Virus genome (UHGV): UHGV-0093623
From: a virus
Direction: 5' to 3' (one strand)
Length of the DNA: 35,667 nt
The notes below the pieces were generated by a model that had not been told where the DNA came from, searched no databases, and was given only the letters and a program-made list of their open reading frames with translations. Positions within the stretch are counted from its first letter, which is position 1; each line of letters opens with the position of its first letter. Below, piece by piece: positions 30,527 through 35,667 of the stretch. The position numbers were made by a program, and so were the translations under genes.

Positions 30527-30859
30527 ATGACGAGCAAAGAAACCTTTACCCATTACCAGCCGCTGGGCAACAGTGACCCGGCTCATACCGCAACCGCGCC
30601 CGGCGGATTGAGTGCGAAAGCGCCTGCAATGACTCCGCTGATGCTTGACACCGCCACCCGTAAGCTGGTTGCGTGGGATGGCACCACCGACGGTGCTGCC
30701 GTTGGCATTCTGGCTGTTGCAGCTGACCAGACCAGCACCACGCTGACGTTCTACAAGTCCGGCACGTTCCGTTATGAGGATGTGCTCTGGCCGGAGGCTG
30801 CCAGCGACGAGACGAAAAAACGGACCGCGTTTGCCGGAACGGCAATCAGCATCGTTTAA
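30527..30859 (+). CDS. D: head decoration protein D
   Basis: 110 aa [31 protein letters not shown]... Confidence 0.95.
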   Translation: MTSKETFTHYQPLGNSDPAHTATAPGGLSAKAPAMTPLMLDTATRKLVAWDGTTDGAAVGILAVAADQTSTTLTFYKSGTFRYEDVLWPEAASDETKKRTAFAGTAISIV

Positions 30860-30878
30860 CTTTACCCTTCATCACTAA

Positions 30879-30901
30879 AGGCCGCCTGTGCGGCTTTTTT
30901 T
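30879..30901 (+). terminator. hairpin + T-run between D and E
   Basis: gccgc-ctgt-gcggc followed by 7 T. Confidence 0.5.
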
Positions 30902-30914
30902 ACGGGATTTTTTT

Positions 30915-31940
30915 ATGTCGATGTACACAACCGCCCAGCTGCTGGCGGCAAATGAGCAGAAATTTAAGTTTGATCCGCTGTTTCTGCGTCTCTTTTTCCG
31001 TGAGAGCTATCCCTTCACCACGGAGAAAGTCTATCTCTCACAAATTCCGGGACTGGTAAACATGGCGCTGTACGTTTCGCCGATTGTTTCCGGTGAGGTT
31101 ATCCGTTCCCGTGGCGGCTCCACCTCTGAATTTACGCCGGGATATGTCAAGCCGAAGCATGAGGTGAATCCGCAGATGACCCTGCGTCGCCTGCCGGATG
31201 AAGATCCGCAGAATCTGGCGGACCCGGCTTACCGCCGCCGTCGCATCATCATGCAGAACATGCGTGACGAAGAGCTGGCCATTGCTCAGGTCGAAGAGAT
31301 GCAGGCCGTTTCTGCCGTGCTTAAGGGCAAATACACCATGACCGGTGAAGCCTTCGATCCGGTTGAAGTGGATATGGGCCGCAGTGCGGCGAACAACATC
31401 ACACAGTCCGGTGGTACGGAGTGGAGCAAGCGTGACAAGTCCACGTATGACCCGACCGACGATATCGAAGCCTACGCGCTGAACGCCAGCGGTGTGGTGA
31501 ATATCATCGTGTTTGATCCGAAAGGCTGGGCGCTGTTCCGTTCCTTCAAAGCCGTCAGGGAGAAGCTGGATACCCGTCGCGGCTCTAATTCCGAGCTGGA
31601 GACAGCGGTAAAAGACCTGGGTAAAGCGGTGTCCTATAAGGGTATGTATGGCGATGTTGCCATCGTCGTGTATTCCGGACAGTACGTGGAAAACGGCGTC
31701 AAAAAGAACTTCCTGCCGGACAACACGATGGTGCTGGGGAACACTCAGGCACGCGGTCTGCGCACCTATGGTTGTATTCAGGATGCGGACGCACAGCGCG
31801 AAGGCATTAACGCCTCTGCCCGTTACCCGAAAAACTGGGTGACCACCGGCGATCCGGCACGTGAGTTCACCATGATTCAGTCAGCACCGCTGATGCTGCT
31901 GGCTGACCCTGATGAGTTCGTGTCCGTACAACTGGCGTAA
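30915..31940 (+). CDS. E: major capsid protein E
   Basis: 341 aa MSMYTTAQLLAANEQKFKFDPLFLRLFFRES... Confidence 0.95.
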   Translation: MSMYTTAQLLAANEQKFKFDPLFLRLFFRESYPFTTEKVYLSQIPGLVNMALYVSPIVSGEVIRSRGGSTSEFTPGYVKPKHEVNPQMTLRRLPDEDPQNLADPAYRRRRIIMQNMRDEELAIAQVEEMQAVSAVLKGKYTMTGEAFDPVEVDMGRSAANNITQSGGTEWSKRDKSTYDPTDDIEAYALNASGVVNIIVFDPKGWALFRSFKAVREKLDTRRGSNSELETAVKDLGKAVSYKGMYGDVAIVVYSGQYVENGVKKNFLPDNTMVLGNTQARGLRTYGCIQDADAQREGINASARYPKNWVTTGDPAREFTMIQSAPLMLLADPDEFVSVQLA

Positions 31941-31981
31941 TCATGGCCCTTCGGGGCCATTGTCTCTCTGTGGAGAAGTCC

Positions 31982-32377
31982 ATGACGAAAGATGAACTGA
32001 TTGCCCGTCTCCGCTCGCTGGGTGAACAACTGAACCGTGATGTCAGCCTGACGGGGACGAAAGAAGAACTGGCGCTCCGTGTGGCAGAGCTGGAAGAAGA
32101 GCTTGATGACACGGGCGACACTGCCGGTCAGGATACCCCTCTCAGCCCGGAAAATGTGCTGACCGGACATGAAAATGAGGTTGTATCAGCGCAGCCGGAT
32201 ACCGTGACTGATACGGCTGATCTGGTCACGGTTGTGGCACTGGTGACGCTGCATACTGATGCACTTCACGCCACGCGGGATGAGGCTGTGGCATTTGTGC
32301 TGCCGGGAACGGCGTTCCGTGTCTCTGCCGGTGTGGCAGCTGAAATGACAGAGCGCGGCCTGGCCAGAATGCAATAA
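31982..32377 (+). CDS. FI: DNA packaging protein FI
   Basis: MTKDELIARLRSLGEQLNRDVSLTGTKEELALRVAELEEELDD... Confidence 0.9.
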   Translation: MTKDELIARLRSLGEQLNRDVSLTGTKEELALRVAELEEELDDTGDTAGQDTPLSPENVLTGHENEVVSAQPDTVTDTADLVTVVALVTLHTDALHATRDEAVAFVLPGTAFRVSAGVAAEMTERGLARMQ

Positions 32378-32388
32378 CGGGAGGCGCT

Positions 32389-32742
32389 GTGGCTGATTTC
32401 GATAACCTGTTCGATGCTGCCATTGCCTGCGCCGATGAAACGATACGCGGGTACATGGGAACGTCAGCCACCATGACATCCGGTGAGCAGTCCGGCGCAG
32501 TAATACGTGGTGTTTTTGATGACCCTGAAAATATCAGCTATGCCGGACAGGGCGTGCGCGTTGAAGGCTCCAGCCCGTCCCTGTTTGTCCGGACTGATGA
32601 TGTGCGGCAACTGCGGCGTGGAGACACGCTGACCATCGGTGAGGAAAACTTCTGGATAGATCGTGTTTCGCCGGATGATGGCGGAAGCTGTCATCTCTGG
32701 CTTGGGCGGGGCGTACCGCCTGCCGTTAACCGTCGCCGCTGA
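32389..32742 (+). CDS. FII: head completion protein FII
   Basis: 117 aa. Confidence 0.9.
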   Translation: MADFDNLFDAAIACADETIRGYMGTSATMTSGEQSGAVIRGVFDDPENISYAGQGVRVEGSSPSLFVRTDDVRQLRRGDTLTIGEENFWIDRVSPDDGGSCHLWLGRGVPPAVNRRR

Positions 32743-32753
32743 AAGGGGGATGT

Positions 32754-33332
32754 ATGGCCATACAGGGTCTTGAGCAGGCCGTTGAAAACCTCAGCCGTAT
32801 CAGCAAAACGGCGGTTCCCGGTGCCGCCGCAATGGCCATTAACCGCGTTGCGTCATCCGCGATATCGCAGTCGGCGTCACAGGTTGCCCGTGAGACAAAG
32901 GTACGCCGGAAACTGGTAAAGGAAAGGGCCAGGCTGAAAAGGGCCACGGTCAAAAATCCGCAGGCCAGAATCAAAGTTAACCGGGGGGATTTGCCCGTAA
33001 TCAAGCTGGGTAATGCGCGGGTTGTCCTGTCCCGACGCAGGCGTCGTAAAAAGGGGCAGCGTTCATCCCTGAAAGGTGGCGGCAGCGTGCTTGTGGTGGG
33101 TAACCGTCGTATTCCCGGCGCGTTTATTCAGCAACTGAAAAATGGCCGGTGGCATGTCATGCAGCGTGTGGCCGGGAAAAACCGTTACCCCATTGATGTG
33201 GTGAAAATCCCGATGGCGGTGCCGCTGACCACGGCGTTTAAACAGAATATTGAACGGATACGGCGTGAGCGTCTTCCGAAAGAGCTGGGCTATGCGCTGC
33301 AGCATCAACTGAGAATGGTAATAAAGCGATGA
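32754..33332 (+). CDS. Z: tail completion protein Z
   Basis: 192 aa. Confidence 0.9.
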   Translation: MAIQGLEQAVENLSRISKTAVPGAAAMAINRVASSAISQSASQVARETKVRRKLVKERARLKRATVKNPQARIKVNRGDLPVIKLGNARVVLSRRRRRKKGQRSSLKGGGSVLVVGNRRIPGAFIQQLKNGRWHVMQRVAGKNRYPIDVVKIPMAVPLTTAFKQNIERIRRERLPKELGYALQHQLRMVIKR

Positions 33333-33724
33333 AACATACTGAACTCCGTGCAGCCGTACTGGATGCACTGGAGAAGCATGACACCGGGGCGACGCTTTTT
33401 GATGGTCGCCCCGCTGTTTTTGATGAGGAAGATTTTCCGGCAATTGCCGTTTATCTCACCGGCGCTGAATACACGGGCGAAGAGCTGGACAGCGATACCT
33501 GGCAGGCGGAGCTGCATATTGAAGTTTTCCTGCCTGCTCAGGTGCCGGATTCAGAGCTGGATTCGTGGATGGAGTCCCGGATTTATCCGGTGATGAGCGA
33601 TATCCCGGCACTGTCAGATTTGATCACCAGTATGGTGGCCAGTGGCTATGACTACCGGCGCGACGATGATGCGGGCCTGTGGAGTTCAGCCGATCTGACT
33701 TATGTCATTACCTATGAAATGTGA
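33329..33724 (+). CDS. U: tail terminator protein U
   Basis: 131 aa; ATGA overlap with Z. Confidence 0.9.
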   Translation: MKHTELRAAVLDALEKHDTGATLFDGRPAVFDEEDFPAIAVYLTGAEYTGEELDSDTWQAELHIEVFLPAQVPDSELDSWMESRIYPVMSDIPALSDLITSMVASGYDYRRDDDAGLWSSADLTYVITYEM

Positions 33725-33731
33725 GGACGCT

Positions 33732-34472
33732 ATGCCTGTACCAAATCCTGTAATGCCGGTGAAAGGTGCCGGGACCACCCTGTGGGTTTATAAGGGGAGC
33801 GGTGACCCTTATGCGAACCCGCTTTCAGACGTTGACTGGTCGCGTCTGGCAAAAGTTAAAGACCTGACGCCCGGCGAACTGACCGCTGAGTCCTATGACG
33901 ATAGCTATCTCGATGATGAAGATGCAGACTGGACTGCGACCGGGCAGGGGCAGAAATCTGCCGGAGATACCAGCTTCACGCTGGCGTGGATGCCCGGAGA
34001 GCAGGGGCAGCAGGCGCTGCTGGCGTGGTTTAATGAAGGTGATACCCGTGCCTATAAAATCCGCTTCCCGAACGGCACGGTCGATGTGTTCCGTGGCTGG
34101 GTCAGCAGCATCGGTAAGGCGGTGACGGCAAAGGAAGTGATCACCCGTACGGTGAAGGTCACCAATGTGGGTCGTCCGTCAATGGCAGAAGAACACAGTA
34201 CGGTGACGGCGGCAACCGGTATGACCGTGACGCCAGCCAGCGCTTCCGTAGTGAAAGGGAAGAGCACCACGCTGACCGTGGCATTCCAGCCGGAAGGCGC
34301 AACCGACAAGAGCTTCCGTGCGGTGTCAGCGGATAAAACAAAAGCTACCGTGTCGGTCAGTGGTATGACCATCACCGTGAACGGCGTTGCTGCAGGCAAG
34401 GTCAACATTCCGGTTGTATCCGGTAATGGTGAGTTTGCTGCGGTTGCAGAAATCACCGTCACCGCCAGTTAA
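33732..34472 (+). CDS. V: major tail tube protein V
   Basis: 246 aa from ATG 33732 (GAGGA RBS), including the C-terminal Ig-like region. Confidence 0.95.
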   Translation: MPVPNPVMPVKGAGTTLWVYKGSGDPYANPLSDVDWSRLAKVKDLTPGELTAESYDDSYLDDEDADWTATGQGQKSAGDTSFTLAWMPGEQGQQALLAWFNEGDTRAYKIRFPNGTVDVFRGWVSSIGKAVTAKEVITRTVKVTNVGRPSMAEEHSTVTAATGMTVTPASASVVKGKSTTLTVAFQPEGATDKSFRAVSADKTKATVSVSGMTITVNGVAAGKVNIPVVSGNGEFAAVAEITVTAS

Positions 34473-34487
34473 TCCGGAGAGTCAGCG

Positions 34488-34910
34488 ATGTTCCTGAAAA
34501 CCGAATCATTTGAACATAACGGTGTGACCGTCACGCTTTCTGAACTGTCAGCCCTGCAGCGCATTGAGCATCTCGCCCTGATGAAACGGCAGGCAGAACA
34601 GGCGGAGTCAGACAGCAACCGGAAGTTTACTGTGGAAGACGCCATCAGAACCGGCGCGTTTCTGGTGGCGATGTCCCTGTGGCATAACCATCCGCAGAAG
34701 ACGCAGATGCCGTCCATGAATGAAGCCGTTAAACAGATTGAGCAGGAAGTGCTTACCACCTGGCCCACGGAGGCAATTTCTCATGCTGAAAACGTGGTGT
34801 ACCGGCTGTCTGGTATGTATGAGTTTGTGGTGAATAATGCCCCTGAACAGACAGAGGACGCCGGGCCCGCAGAGCCTGTTTCTGCGGGAAAGTGTTCGAC
34901 GGTGAGCTGA
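34488..34910 (+). CDS. G: tail assembly chaperone G
   Basis: 140 aa. Confidence 0.9.
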   Translation: MFLKTESFEHNGVTVTLSELSALQRIEHLALMKRQAEQAESDSNRKFTVEDAIRTGAFLVAMSLWHNHPQKTQMPSMNEAVKQIEQEVLTTWPTEAISHAENVVYRLSGMYEFVVNNAPEQTEDAGPAEPVSAGKCSTVS

Positions 34911-35326
34911 GTTTTGCCCTGAAACTGGCGCGTGAGATGGGGCGACCCGACTGGCGTGCCATGCTTGCCGGGATGTCATCCACGGAGTATGCCGACTGGC
35001 ACCGCTTTTACAGTACCCATTATTTTCATGATGTTCTGCTGGATATGCACTTTTCCGGGCTGACGTACACCGTGCTCAGCCTGTTTTTCAGCGATCCGGA
35101 TATGCATCCGCTGGATTTCAGTCTGCTGAACCGGCGCGAGGCTGACGAAGAGCCTGAAGATGATGTGCTGATGCAGAAAGCGGCAGGGCTTGCCGGAGGT
35201 GTCCGCTTTGGCCCGGACGGGAATGAAGTTATCCCCGCTTCCCCGGATGTGACGGGCATGACGGAGGATGACGTAATGCTGATGACAGTATCAGAAGGGA
35301 TCGCAGGAGGAGTCCGGTATGGCTGA
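34488..35326 (+). CDS. T: tail assembly chaperone G-T fusion via programmed -1 frameshift
   Basis: slippery heptamer G-GGA-AAG at 34886-34892 in the G frame; the -1 frame opens directly into the T ORF (34892-35326). Confidence 0.8.
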
Positions 35327-35667
35327 ACCGGTAGGCGATCTGGTCGTTGATTTGAGTCTGGATGCGGCCAGATTTGACGAGCAGATGGCCAGAGTCAGGC
35401 GTCATTTTTCCGGTACGGAAAGTGATGCGAAAAAAACAGCGGCAGTCGTTGAACAGTCGCTGAGCCGACAGGCGCTGGCTGCACAGAAAGCGGGGATTTC
35501 CGTCGGGCAGTATAAAGCCGCCATGCGTATGCTGCCTGCACAGTTCACCGACGTGGCCACGCAGCTTGCCGGCGGGCAAAGTCCGTGGCTGATCCTGCTG
35601 CAACAGGGGGGGCAGGTGAAGGACTCCTTCGGCGGGATGATCCCCATGTTCAGGGGGCTTGCCGGTG
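35319..35667 (+). CDS. H: tail tape measure protein H, N-terminal fragment (truncated by window end)
   Basis: ATG overlapping the T stop; MAEPVGDLVVDLSLDAARFDEQMARVRRHF... Confidence 0.9.
   Translation, partial: MAEPVGDLVVDLSLDAARFDEQMARVRRHFSGTESDAKKTAAVVEQSLSRQALAAQKAGISVGQYKAAMRMLPAQFTDVATQLAGGQSPWLILLQQGGQVKDSFGGMIPMFRGLAG

Overview
This 35.7 kb window reads as a composite lambdoid prophage of an Escherichia-type genome; all identifications are from reading the sequence and ORF track and from recalled family knowledge, with no database search run. (1) Bases 1-12561 are an immunity/early module: a minus-strand operon of translationally coupled genes (cro-position ORF, two Rha-family regulators, three small ORFs, O-like initiator, DnaC/IstB-like loader, DnaB-family helicase) diverges from a plus-strand CI-like repressor (HTH + S24 peptidase), which is followed by a plus-strand train of small accessory genes including Ea22-like genes. 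(2) A DDE transposase (insertion sequence) lies at 12849-14162. (3) Bases 14599-24582 resemble the E. coli Qin prophage: flxA with a sigma-28 promoter, relB-relE-hokD, rem, ydfU, quuQ, cspF/cspB, pinholin, SAR endolysin, nested spanins, cspI, gnsB, ydfO. (4) Bases 24782-35667 are a cos site and lambda-type packaging, head and tail genes (Nu1 through H, H truncated by the window end), including the G-T -1 frameshift site. No rRNA, tRNA or CRISPR array was seen. I did not find a clearly novel system; the least explained parts are the accessory gene train at 7.8-12.6 kb, the Rha intergenic region with a plus-strand terminator, and the IS-bounded junction. Coordinates of intergenic motifs are hand-counted and may be off by 1-2 bp.
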